From the human T2T-CHM13v2.0 reference genome, Homo sapiens: a DNA stretch of 64,000 bases. The notes beneath the pieces were generated by a model, which saw only the letters and a list, made by a program, of their open reading frames with translations, was not told the DNA's origin and did not search any database. Positions within the stretch are counted from its first letter, which is position 1, and every line of letters begins with the position of its first letter. The DNA is taken from NCBI RefSeq assembly GCF_009914755.1, contig NC_060929.1; one strand, written 5' to 3'. Positions 12,817 through 29,438 of this stretch are shown here, piece after piece. The position numbers were made by a program, and so were the translations under genes.

Positions 12817-13720
12817 GGAGGAGCCAAGATGGCCCAATAGGAACAGCTCCGGTCTACAGCTCCCAGCGTGAGCGATGCAGAAGACGGGTGATTTCTGCAT
12901 TTCCATCTGAGGTACCGGGTTCATCTCACTAGGGAGTGCCAGACAGTGGGCGCAGGTCAGTGTGTGTGCGCACCGTGCGCGAGCCGAAGCAGGGCGAGGC
13001 ATTGCCTCACTCAGGAAGCGCAAGGGGTCAGGGAGTTCCCTTTCCCAGTCAAAGAAATGGGTTACAGACGGCACCTGGAAAATCGGGTCACTCCCACCCT
13101 AATACTGCGCTTTTCCGACGGGCTTAAAAAACGGCGCACCACGAGACTATCTCCCGCACCTGGCTCGGAGGGTCCTACGCCCATGGAGTCTCGCTGATTG
13201 CTAGCACAGCAGTCTGAGATCAAACTGCAAGGCGGCAGCGAGGCTGGGGGAGGGGCGCCCGCCATTGCCCGGGCTTGATTAGGTAAACTAAGCAGCCGGG
13301 AAGCTCCAACTGGGTGGAGCCCACCACAGCTCAAGGAGGCCTGCCTGCCTCGGTAGGCTCCACCTCTTGGGGCAGGGCACAGACAAACAAAAAGACAGCA
13401 GTAACCTCTGCAGACTTAAATGTCCCTGTCTGACAGCTTTGAAGAGAGCAGTGGTTCTCCCAGCACGCAGCTGGAGATCTGAGAACGGGCAGACTGCCTC
13501 CTCAAGTGGGTCCCTGACCCCTGACCCCCGAGCAGCCTAACTGGGAGGCACCCCCCAGCAGGGGCACACTGACACCTCACACGGCAGGGTATTCCAACAG
13601 ACCTGCAGCTGAGGGTCCTGTCTGTTAGAAGGAAAACTAACAAACAGAAAGGACATCCACACCGAAAACCCATCTGTACACCACCATCATCAAAGACCAA
13701 AAGTAGATAAAACGACAAAG
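12817..13720 (+). promoter_or_regulatory. L1 5'UTR internal sense/antisense promoter
   Basis: YY1 site CAAGATGGC at the 5' end; CpG-rich; canonical position upstream of ORF1. Confidence 0.85.
13062..13265 (-). CDS. ORF0: L1 ORF0 (antisense 5'UTR ORF), 67 aa, slightly C-terminally shortened
   Basis: MAGAPPPASLPPCSLISDCCASNQRDS...RVGVTRFSRCRL* matches the primate L1 ORF0 peptide. Expression is unknown. Confidence 0.7.
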   Translation of the reverse strand: MAGAPPPASLPPCSLISDCCASNQRDSMGVGPSEPGAGDSLVVRRFLSPSEKRSIRVGVTRFSRCRL

Positions 13721-14735
13721 ATGGGGAAAAAACAGAACAGAAAAACTGGAAACTCTAAAAAGCAGAGCGCCTCTCCTCCTCCAAAGGAATGCAGTTCCTC
13801 ACCAGCAACGGAACAAAGCTGGATGGAGAATGACTTTGACGAGCTGAGAGAAGAAGGCTTCAGACGATCAAATTACTCTGAGCTACGGGAGGACATTCAA
13901 ACCAAAGGCAAAGAAGTTGAAAACTTTGAAAAAAATTTAGAAGAATGTATAACTAGAGTAACCAATACAGAGAAGTGCTTAAAGGAGCTGATGGAGCTGA
14001 AAACCAAGGCTCGAGAACTACGTGAAGAATGCAGAAGCCTCAGGAGCCGATGCGATCAACTGGAAGAAAGGGTATCAGCAATGGAAGATGAAATGAGTGA
14101 AATGAAGTGAGAAGGGAAGTTTAGAGAAAAAAGAATAAAAAGAAATGAGCAAAGCCTCCAAGAAATATGGGACTATGTGAAAAGACCAAATCTACGTCTG
14201 ATTGGTGTACCTGAAAGTGATGGGGAGAATGGAACCAAGTTGGAAAACACTCTGCAGGATATTATCCAGGAGAACTTCCCCAATCTAGCAAGGCAGGCCA
14301 ACGTTCAGATTCAGGAAATACAGAGAACGCCACAAAGATACTCCTCGAGAAGAGCAACTCCAAGACACATAACTGTCGGATTCACCAAAGCTGAAATGAA
14401 GGAAAAAATGTTAAGGGCAGCCAGAGAAAGGTCGGGTTACCCACAGAGGGAAGCCCATCAGACTAACAGCGGATCTCTCGGCAGAAACTCTACAAGCCAG
14501 AAGAGAGTGGGGGCCAATATTCAACATTCTTAAAGAAAAGAATTTTCAACCCAGAATTTCATATCCAGCCAAACTAAGCTTCATAAGTGAAGGAGAAATA
14601 AAATACTTCACAGACAAGCAAATGCTGAGAGATTCTGTCACCACCAGGCCTGCCCTAAAAGAGCTCCTGAAGGAAGCGCTAAACATGGAAAGGAACAACT
14701 GGTACCAGCCACTGCAAAATCATGCCAAAATGTAA
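13721..14735 (+). pseudogene. L1 ORF1p, inactivated
   Basis: MGKKQNRKTGNSK...; premature TGA at 14108-14110 (CGA>TGA) and a frameshift near 14425. Confidence 0.95.
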
Positions 14736-14798
14736 AGACCATCGAGACTAGGAAGAAACTGCATCAACTAACAAGCAAAATAACCAGCTAACATCATA

Positions 14799-18614
<3,816 letters not shown>

Positions 18615-18976
18615 ACAATGAGAACACATGGACACAGGAAGGGGAACATCACACTCTGGGGACTGTTGTGGGGTGGGGGGAGGCGGGAGGGATAGCATTG
18701 GGAGATACACCTAATGCTAGATGACGAGTTAGTGGGTGCAGCGCACCAGCATGGCACATGTATACATATGTAACTAACCTGCACAATGTGCACATGTACC
18801 CTAAAACTTAAAGTATAATTAAAAAAAAAAAGAATATGTACAGAAGTACAAAAATATCCATCACCCAGCAAAGTACGATTCTCAATATTTGGCATCCTGT
18901 TATAGACTGAATTGAATCATTCCGCAAAATTCACTTGTTGAAGTTGTTTTATTAATATGGTTAATTACATTGCTGG

Positions 18977-19440
<464 letters not shown>

Positions 19441-19673
19441 TAATATGGGCATGAACCTAGTCATGATGTATTATCCTTGTTGTACACAACTGGATAGAAT
19501 TTGCTAGAATGTTGTTCAGAAGTTGTACATCCATATTAATGAGAGTTTTTTATTTTTATTTTTTTCTGTACTTTTAAGACTGTGTGGTTTTGGTATTGGG
19601 GTAATACTGACTTTAAAAATGAATTGGGAAAGAAATTCTGTCTTCAATTTTATAAAAGAGTTTGTGTAGAAAT

Positions 19674-20232
19674 TGTAGAAAGTAAACACTTTCCCCCTCA
19701 AAATTTAAGAATAAATCATAAGTGTTAGAAATAATAGTTTCTTTTTAAAACTAACTTCTTTCAAGCCTCCTTGCTTTGTACTAATAACTCTTTGTTAAGC
19801 CCTATCCTATGTAGCTGTTAGACATGCACATAGGCACATAGTACATTCTATGTCCTTGTACCTTAACCAAGATATTTGTGTTGGATGTGCTCATAGGCAT
19901 GTCCCAGCTCACAGCCTATGCCCCTTCCTTATTTAGAAATGTTATAACATTTATACCTATTTTTAAAAAGTATTTAATTATTAGCCAATCGAGTTTTAGT
20001 TTAAATTATGAGGTCTAGCTCCAGCCAACAGAGACAGGACACAGCAATAAAGACCTCAATTAGGAATAAATATTCTAATGTCTCCTTATTCTATATGTAC
20101 CCTTGCCATTATTCCATCTGCAAAGGGCACTCTTACTGCAAAAAATAAAAGTTACCTCACTAAAAAACCTTTTTGTCTAAATGCTAATTTTTCCTTGCAG
20201 CACTGAAGAACAAACATTTTGCATTTCTAACA
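19674..20232 (+). mobile_element. ERV1 solo LTR, LTR6A/B-like (HERV-S71)
   Basis: TGTAGAAAGTAAA...TTTCTAACA, 559 bp, TSD GAAAT on both sides; interrupts L1M cleanly. Family assignment is from recalled consensus. Confidence 0.75.
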
Positions 20233-20310
20233 GAAATAGTATAATTTCTTCCCTAAATGTTTAGTAGGATTCACCAGTGAAGCCACTATAGAAAACAGTG
20301 TGGCAGTTTA

Positions 20311-20704
<394 letters not shown>

Positions 20705-21103
20705 TTACTCAAGAGAAACGAAAGCCTATGTTTTCTCACTAAGACTTTTCCACTTAAATGTTTATAGGAACTTTATTTGTAGTATCCCCAAATTGTAAAC
20801 CAACCAAATGTTCATCATTAAGTGAATGCATAAACAAACAGAGGATATGCTCATTTTCCTGATTGTAATAATGGTTTCATGGTTGTATATATCTGCCAAA
20901 ATGTGTCAAATAATACACTTAAATATTTGCAATTTATCGTATGTCAATTATACCTTAGGAAAGGTGCTACAATATGAAACAGTATAATAAAAAATTTATT
21001 TTAATAGGCAAAAATCTGAAAACAACCATATATGTTGCAAACAGAATAATTACAAATGCTTCCGTAAATGTAAAAATATAACAGTAGAAAGAAAACTTTG
21101 ATA

Positions 21104-21405
21104 GGCTGGGCATGGTGGCTCATGTCTGTAATCTCAGCACTTTAGAAGGCCAAGGTTGGCTGATCATTTGAGGTCAGGAGTTTGAGACCAGCCTGAGAAA
21201 CATGGTGAAGCCCCATCTCTACTAAAAATACAAAAGTTAGCTGGGCATGGTGGCAGGTGCCTATAATCTCAGCTACTCAGGAGGCCAAGGCAGGAGAATT
21301 ACATGAACCTAGGAGGCAGAGGTTGCAGTGAGCCAAGATTGTGCCACTGCACTACAGCCTGGGTGACAGAGCAAGACTCCATCTAAAAAAACAAAAAACA
21401 AAACA
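21104..21405 (+). mobile_element. AluS
   Basis: Full dimer; TSD-like AACTTTGATA / AACTTGATA. Confidence 0.93.
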
Positions 21406-22349
21406 CAACTTGATAAATGAGTTAAATAGAAGAGATGACACAGATAAAGAGAGAATAAGTGGACTAGAAGATAATGCTGAAAAATTACTCAGAACACAAC
21501 ATAAAGTCAGACATTTCAAAAATGTCATATAGAGTTTGAAAGATATTACAGATGGGGTTAGAAGTTCTAATATGTTATTGGAATTCACAAAGGAACTAGT
21601 TCAGAGAACGAAGTAACTATGTAGAGAGTTAATAGCTGAGAATTATCTAAAATTTATAAAAAACATGGATGCCTAGATTCAGAAACACAAATTCAAGCAA
21701 GATACATAAAAAGGAGTCTGCACCTAAATGCAATATAGTGAAATTTAAGGATAAATAGAAGATCTGAAAAGTATCTGGAGAAAAGATAAAGAACTCATTA
21801 AAGATTGATAATGGATTAACAGAATAAAGTCATTTGGTTAAAGAAATTAAAGAACTACTGCAATTAGACTGACAGCTGACTTCTCCATCCTCAATATGGA
21901 AACCAGGAGCCAATGGAATTACATCTTTGCAGTGCGGACACTAAGTAATGTCAACCTTTATTCATATACCCAGAAAAACTATCTTTCAAGAAGTTTTCAG
22001 TTTCATATTAAAGAAGAAAACAATTCAGACAAATGTAAACAATGAGACGAAGGCCAAAATTACCTTCTTTGAAGTGGTTTTCTCACCCTCTAAAAATATC
22101 ACCATTGCTATACTCTTCAACTTACCAGTGCTATTCGAAATATGTTTTTTCTTCCTAGCACAATCTATCCCAGAGTCTTTATCATGTTAAACTCAACAAT
22201 GCGTCTCACTTGCATCACATGTGAATAAAAAATAATGAGAGACAGTTATTTCATCCTGTGTTCTTCCTGAATTCTCTACTTTACTACTTCTATCCCTTAG
22301 GGTAAAAAAAAAATTCAGAGAACATTTAGGGTAAAAATGGGAACTCCCT

Positions 22350-22880
22350 TAATCCCCCCAAATGTGGTAGACAGACCAACATTGTTTTTCATTTCTGCAT
22401 CTACTCTCCTTTCTTTCTTTCAAGTTCAGAGCAAGAATTGCCACCATGTATTTAGGAGTGGTTCCTCCTTTCTTCTGGGCACTTTACTCCTTCTGTCTTG
22501 CATGTCTAGTCTCTCAGTTCAGAAGCTCAGCCTGCCTTGCTGGAAAGACTTTGATGTCCTTGTCTTCTGGGTCAAGCCTACGCATTGTTCATGACTACAT
22601 CGAAGGGTCCTTTCGCTATTAGGCTGTGGGAATAATACCTCTCACCCTGGACAGGTCTTTCAACTGCAGACCCAGCACCCCTGTACAGACTTGGACCATG
22701 ACTGATAATGGTCTTTTTCCCATGGATGTTTTCACTTTGTCCATCTCCCTCCATTCAGCTGAGACTTCTTTTGAGCAAGAACTGCTTGTTTTCCTCAGCA
22801 CCTTTGGTGCCTCATGTAACACCTGACATTGATGAGCTGCCATATAGATATCAGAGGAATGTGGAAATAAATTAATGAAT
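22350..22880 (+). mobile_element. Probable L2 LINE 3' fragment
   Basis: Ends with an L2-like 3' terminus (cagcacctttggtgcc...acacctgacattgatgagctgccatatagatat...aattaatgaat). Highly diverged. Confidence 0.35.
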
Positions 22881-24169
22881 TTTTTTTCTATGATTACATC
22901 TAAACTTCTGGACCGATGTGTGATGAAGCAGCAGGAGCAGGATGTGGCAGGATACAGAAGGACCAGGAGATGCTGTCAAAGGAGGACAAGACGCTGGGGT
23001 GTTTGGGCTGGAGAATGCCTAGGTGGCCAGCAAGTGATGCTCAGATCAGGGGGAGGCCACTGCAGCTGGAGCATCTGTGCAGGCTCTTGGTAGGAATCTT
23101 GTGTGGAGCCCTTCGCTTATCTAATGGTGGAAAAGATTACCTCCAGGTCTCTATTGAACATGAGAGTCAGGATCCGTGGGAGTGCCTGGGAGGCCACTGT
23201 CTCTCTCTCTCCAGTTCATCCTCCTTTTGATAAATTAATCTTCTTAAATACTTCCAGCATTAGTTTACTCCATTGCTCACAACCCTCCAAACATGCTGCA
23301 TTGCCTTTTAAATCAAACCCCCATTTTATAAAAGCCCTCCATGAGAGTCAAACTTGTTCCTGTGATTCCCCTGGTCCCCATGTGCCAAGGCCATTCTGAG
23401 CATGGCCAGTAGCTTCCGTCAGCTCCTGCCTCCTCCACTTGCTGTGAGCCTTCTCTTGGGAGTCACCAGGGATTTCCAAGTTAACATATCCAAATCGAAT
23501 ACATGACCTTCGGGTTGTTGGGTTGGGAGAAGGCTTGAATTTGCCCCCACGGGCAGTGGATGTGTCACAAAGTGGCAAATTTTCCACCTCTGGAAGCGTC
23601 CAAGTAGAGAACAGACTACCGTCTCCCGCGAGTGCTTGAGAAAGCTGGCGGGGGCATTTCACCTTCCAGAGGCTCCTCCCAACGCCAAGCTTCTAAATTC
23701 CTGTGAGTTTCAACAATCTGCTGGCATAGATCAATCAGTCAAGTTAAATCAACCAATCATCTCTTTCGTGTGTACTGGCATATTACCGCTTCCACCTCGG
23801 CTGCCCAAATAAGACCCCGAGGCATCTTCACCACGGCCCCTTCCTCCTGCCTGTCTGCACGGTGCCTGGCTCCCCATGAGCCCCACACTGTCTGAGGGAG
23901 GGCAGTGCTCACTCATCTTTATGCACCTGCTAGCCACCTTGGAGCAAGCACAGTGCAGACCCTCAATACAGGCTCAGGACCTGTGGGAGGCGGGGAGGTC
24001 TTCAGGGAGATACAAGGAAAGAAGCATGTCGCGGGGGCCAGCAGACTTTAACTTTGCCAGGCGGGGGTAGCTGCTTCTGGCACTTCCTTTGCCATCACTT
24101 CTGTCAGGGACAGGCTTTTGGAGACAATTATATGAAACCATACTTCCTTCTGTATTACTTTCCTGCCAT

Positions 24170-24600
24170 TCCTCATAAGCTATATTTTAATTTTAAACAG
24201 CAATTTACAGGGTAATTCATTTACAACAACACAATCCATTGTGATCACAATGCCATACATTTATGTTTTAAGTAATTTTTAATGCTTGTAGCAGCTGGGT
24301 CTCTGAAAATAACTAACATTTTTCACCTTGTGCAGCGAGGGGAAGAAAAATTCTCTGCTCTTTAATTACAGAACCACCAAAGACAACATGCAGTGAGTAG
24401 GGCAGTTATAATTGCAAAATAAGAAATGGTTTGCTTGAGAACATAGCAGATCCTTCCGTGTCAACATGTAACTGCCAGGGAGAGCAGGTAAAGCCTGGAG
24501 CAGAACTGTGCCCACTCCAGGCTCACAAGCCACTGTAATTTTAAGTCAAATTGATTAACATAAGAAGCATTATTAGGAAGATGGAATTATAGAAAGAGTG
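24170..24600. promoter_or_regulatory. Candidate enhancer with SOX-site cluster
   Basis: AT-rich unique block; ACAATCCATTGTGATCACAATG at 24231-24252; several TAAT cores. Confidence 0.35.
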
Positions 24601-24726
24601 GAAATAGTTCCCTCTAACCAAAAAGAGCTGTATTCAAAGGGCAAGAGACTGGGGTTTATTTCTGTTTGTCGTTATTAGAAATGCACACACAGCCTGTGCC
24701 ACAGCCTTGCATGGGTGTGCAGCTGC

Positions 24727-24854
24727 GGCTGCCACTATGTTCCAAAGGGCAGTACCCTCAGAGGACCACCTGTGCCCTTGCCTACCTGTGTGGCTGCCAC
24801 TATGTCTCAAAGGGCAGTACCCTCAGAGGATCACCTGTGCCCTTGCCTACCTGT
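24727..24854 (+). repeat. 65-bp tandem duplication (2 copies)
   Basis: ggctgccactatgt(tc/ct)caaagggcagtaccctcagagga(c/t)cacctgtgcccttgcctacctgt at 24727 and 24792. Confidence 0.95.
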
Positions 24855-24884
24855 CCACAACATTAACCGTTTTTTCTCTCTCTC

Positions 24885-25231
24885 TTTTTTGAGACAGGGT
24901 CTTGCTACGTTGCTCAGGCTGTAATGCATTGGTGCAATTGTGGCTCACTGCAGCCTCAATACCCTGAGCTCAAGACAGCCTCCTGCCTCAGCCTCCCAAG
25001 TAGCTGAGACTACAGGTGTGTACCACCACATCCAGCAGACTTTTTTATCTTTATATTTTTAATTTTAAAGGAATCTATTTGCAGAATACTTACTGGCTAA
25101 TTTCCAAATTTTTTGTAGAGATGAGGTCTCACTATGTTTCCCAGTCTAGCAGGGAACTCCTAGGCTCAAGTAATCCTCCCATCTTGGCCTCCCAAAGTGC
25201 TGGGATTATAGGTGTGAGTCCTATACTTAGC
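24885..25231 (-). mobile_element. AluJ with ~55-bp insert at the arm junction
   Basis: AluJ-type sequence (ggctcactgcagcctcaa, ggctcaagtaatcctccc); extra sequence at about 25037-25093. Confidence 0.85.
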
Positions 25232-25618
25232 TGCCATTTTCTTTTTTTTTTTTTTTTGAGAGTAAAAACTGATTTTTAGTTGTGCTTGATTCAGTTCTCG
25301 ATAACATGAAAGATCCTATAGTAATAGAAAATTTCACATTTCTAATATCCATTTTTATGGTTCCATTTAAATTGAATATTGGTAGTTTTTATTATTGAAA
25401 CTTTATATCATGCTTAATCAACTTTTATTCTAACTCTTTTGACACTAATTTTTACCAACTTTTATGTCCTGGTTTTGTAATTCTTTACTTATTTGCTGTT
25501 TTTAAATGACTTATATTGGATGAGCCTTTCTAACTTTAACCTTTTAGAACCTTTATAACTTTAACCTAATTGGCATCTCTTGTATTAAGTTTGTTTATTG
25601 GTTTAGGCAGAAACTGCC

Positions 25619-25797
25619 TTTTATTTTTTTTATTTTTATTTTATTTTATTTATTATTATTATACTTTAAGTTTTAGGGTACATGTGCACAATGTGCAGGT
25701 TAGTTACCTATGTATACATGTGCCATGCTGGTGTGCTGCACCCACAAACTCGTCATCTAGCATTAGGTATATCTCCCAATGCTCTCCCTCCCCCCAC
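25619..25797 (-). mobile_element. Short 5'-truncated L1PA 3' end
   Basis: polyT followed by atactttaagttttagggtacatgtgcacaatgtgcagg...catctagcattaggtatatctcccaatgct. Confidence 0.92.
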
Positions 25798-26340
25798 CAT
25801 TTTCTTTTTGAATTAAGATGTTCTGGGAGTGATTAAGCCACCTGTGCTCATATGTAAATAAATCCCTCATTGCTCACCTAGCATCAGAAGTGCGAGGCAG
25901 GACCACACGTGCCACGCAGGCACTGGCCTTCAACAGTCACACCAACGTCCTCCGCCACAGACACCTCAAATCCAAGTCTTCATTTCTTCACGTTTTGCTG
26001 ACATGCCACATGGAGGGAAGTCCATGTTGGTCTCGTTACCACCTAATGGGATGAGTGTCTCATCTCAAAAGAGCAGGCCCTTCCCGGGTCCCGTGGGGCT
26101 CAGCCCTGGACAGACGTGCAGCTCAGATCCCCTGGACAGGGTGCCGGTGGCTCCCCTCATCTCTGCCTTTTCCCCTCCCATTTTAATTTACCCCCTAGAG
26201 AATTATGTTAAGATAAAGTGACATACACCTGTGTTCCTTGCCCCCTCCCAATGGCACACTGCGCTAGGCCCATCAGAACTAGAGGAAGGAAACAGAATGT
26301 TTGGGAAACTCGTGCTGGTGACCGGAGGAGTTCTGTCCAG

Positions 26341-26607
26341 CCTCGCCTTCCCTCTCCCTCCCTCCCTCCCTTCCTCCCTCTCTCCCTCCCTGCCTCTGTC
26401 TCTTCCTCTGTCTCTCTCTCCCTCCTCCTTTCTCTTTTCCTCACTCCCTCTCTCTCCTCTCTCTTCTCCTCCCTTCCTCTCTCCCTTTCCCCTCCTCTCC
26501 CTCTCCCTCTTTCTCCTTCCCTCCTTCTCTCTCCCTGTCTCCCCCTCTCCTTCCCTCCCTCCTTCCTTCCACCCCTCTTCCCCTGTCTCTCCCTCCCACA
26601 CCCCCTC
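26341..26607 (+). repeat. Polypyrimidine (CT-rich) low-complexity tract
   Basis: About 260 bp, almost entirely C/T. Confidence 0.95.
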
Positions 26608-26756
26608 TGGGTGGCGTCAGGTTGGAATCACACAGCTCACCTGGTTTGCCTGCTGGGCACCAGGCTGGCGGGCATAGTGTGGTTCTCCCATGGTGACCAG
26701 GCCCAGCGCGTCTCTTTACTGCGTGAAAGGCCTTCCTCTATCCAGAGGTTTATAGA

Positions 26757-27047
26757 CCCCGCCTGACACTGCAGAAATGTAATACGAGCCACCTGTGCAT
26801 GGTTTGTGAGAAGAAACAGGTGAAATTAATTTTAATGATGTATCCTTTTTAACTCATCATCTCCAAAATATGATCACTCAACATGTACTAATATGCAGTT
26901 GTTATTGAGCTATTTCACATTCTTCTTCTTATTTTATTGATTTATTTTTTGTACAATCTTTGGAACCTTAGCACCCTTAGTTCAAATGGCCACATTTGGC
27001 AGGCTCGGGAGCCATGGGGCTGGTGATGCCGCGGTGGGCAGCTGTAG
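26757..27047. mobile_element. MER33 (hAT-Charlie MITE)
   Basis: agaaatgtaatacgagccac...aagaaacaggtgaaattaattttaatgatg...ggccacatttggcaggctc matches the recalled MER33 consensus. Confidence 0.75.
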
Positions 27048-27253
27048 ACCCTGGAGGAGAGTGAGCCTAAGCCAGGCCCAAGCCAGTTCAATGCCTGCTT
27101 GATTAAGTAACTCACCCATAGCTAATTCCAAATGTGGCAGAGAGGCCACCAGAGTGTGGCTTGGGTGTGAACCACAGTAACCCCACCAATGAGCTTGTGT
27201 GAGGAGCTTCTTTGCAGAAGTGGTGAGGACGGGGCCCGTCCAGGCCTGTCGGT

Positions 27254-27526
27254 GGCCCTGCTACTCGGCCATGCCCACCCTGCACCACTGGGTCTGCCCA
27301 GGCCCTGCTCCTCGGCCATGCCCACCCTGCACCACTGGGTCTGCCCAGGCCCTGCTCCTCGGCCATGCCCACCCTGCACCACTGGGTCTGCCCAGGCCCT
27401 GCTCCTCGGCCATGCCCACCCTGCACCACTGGGTCTGTCCAGGCCCTGCTCCTCGGCCTTGCCGACCCTGCACCACTGGGTCTGTCCAGGCCCTGCTCCT
27501 CGGCCATGCCAACCCTGCACCACTGG
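27254..27526 (+). repeat. 47-bp VNTR, about 5.8 copies
   Basis: Unit ggccctgctcctcggccatgcccaccctgcaccactgggtctgccca at 27254, 27301, 27348, 27395, 27442 and 27489. Confidence 0.97.
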
Positions 27527-29438
27527 CCGTCTCGTGACTGCACCAGTGTCACTCCAACATGAAAGCCGTGGGCAGACAATTATGCACAGGCCACCTTTAT
27601 CCTTAGGCCCCTCTGAGGGGTGTGGATTGAGTCAGGACTGAAGAAGGTGCATGTGATGCAGGCTCACTGTTGCCAGGCCCAGGGAGGACTCCTGCGGCAT
27701 GGAGGAAGCACACAGTGTCACTGGGCCACCCGCTAGAAGCAGGAGGAGGCAGCTCTGCCCACGGCATCCCGGCAGCAGGGTGAGCAACACCTGAGCCCAG
27801 TGAGAGAATAAACTCACAACAAGCTGCATGATGCGGGTTTACTACTCACAGACGGGCAGCAAGGATCAAAAGAAGCCTCAAACTCATCATGAGCCGGTCC
27901 CCCAAGGCCTGAGAAAGCTGTCTGGGGCGCAGAGTCCCCACTGTGTATGCCCCATTTGCACCACAGCCAAGGGACCTTGGAAGGCAGCCCACCGGGTTCT
28001 ACACCTCAGGGGCGGCGCTCAGAGGGACCTCCTGCTGCCGGGGAGGGAGGAGCAAAGTCTGCGTGGTCCCCGGTCTGCGTGGTCCCCGGCAGCTCCTCCC
28101 TGATCTGCTTACCTAACAGACCTCGGACGGCCTCAGGAGCCCGGGACACAGGCGCAGGCTCCCGCGTGCTCGCCGGCTGTGTTGTTAAACATCTTCATGC
28201 ACCAGCCCTCCCGGCAGGCCCGGGCGGGCAGAGCAGCGGAGGAGTGCTCGGGTTCAGACCGAGTCAGGGTCAGCCTGCTGGTCCTCAACGCCGTTCCGGG
28301 TTAGTTCAGGTTGATTTTCCTCTCTGAGGGCAAGGCCACCTCTAAAGTTGGGAGGGACAGGGGCGGGGACGAGGCTCGGGCTGTGCTGGGCGGTTCCTCT
28401 GTATCTTGAGACGCTGCATTTCCCCGCCTGCTGCAGCTCCTCCCAGAACCGCCAGCAAGAAACCGAGAGCTGAGCTGGCCAAGGCCATCAGGGCCGTCCA
28501 CTGTGGGTGGGAGACGCAGCCTTGCCACATGGAAGATAAACGAGGCCGAGCAGGCTCTCTCCCCTCCCCTCCCCTCCCCTCCTCTCCTGGTATACCCCGG
28601 CTTCCCCCTTGCCCTCAGCCCTGCGTCCCGGGCATGGCTTCCATCTCCAACAGAACACAAGGTCGGAAGCCCTTCCCCCGATTTGAGGTTAATGGCACTT
28701 CGGTGTTTAGGCTCCTTCTGGCTTTGGCCCAAGCTTGGCAGGTGGGCCTCCCGCCTTGCTCTTCTTGGGGCCTGACAGGCTCACCGGCATTGCAGCTCCG
28801 TCAGGGACAGAGCCCACCATCTCCAGAAAGCCAGCCCCTACCTGAGAGCTGCAGCCCAGCAGCACGCGAGGACCCTGCATTTCTTTCCCGCGGTTGAGGG
28901 TGAGGGAGTGAGTGTTCAAGGAGGAAGGCCGCCCTCGCCCCCTAGAGCCCTGCCTTCCTCTACACGCCCACGCGAATTCCTAGGCGTACGGGTTTGTTTG
29001 GATGGTGGAGGGAGACAGGGCCCGTCAGGAGGCACTCTTGGGGAATCGCGCAGCCATACAACTTTAGAGCTGGCCTTGGCTGGGAGAGGAAAATCCATCT
29101 GAACTCACCCGGAATGGTTCCGAGGACCAGCGCGCTGACCCTGACTCTGTTAGTGCCTGAGCCCTCCTCCCCGTTCCCCCGGCCGCGGCGTGTGGGGAGG
29201 GCCGGAACCTGAGGACCTGCATGAAGACATTTAAGAACACTGCTACGGTGCATACAAAAGCCTGCGCCTGTGTCCCAGGGCTCTGGAGGCCTTACAATGC
29301 CTGTGACCTGCGTCAGACTGACGGCTTCATCCAACAGAGCAGGGGAGCACCAGAGGAGGGAACCTGTGTGCAAACACTGCATTCCTGGGGCGCACGGTCT
29401 CGGGGCCGGCTGCACACACCACGCTCAGAACTACTCAT

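Noticed and set aside
22050-23400. Possible processed pseudogene
   Set aside because: No recognisable protein, polyA or TSD; better explained as diverged L2 fragments.
26203-26766. Glu/Arg/Gly-rich and Ser/Leu/Pro-rich ORFs
   Set aside because: Translation of the CT low-complexity tract.
27254-27526. CRISPR-like array
   Set aside because: Units are contiguous with no unique spacers, there are no cas genes, and the context is primate DNA. It is a VNTR.
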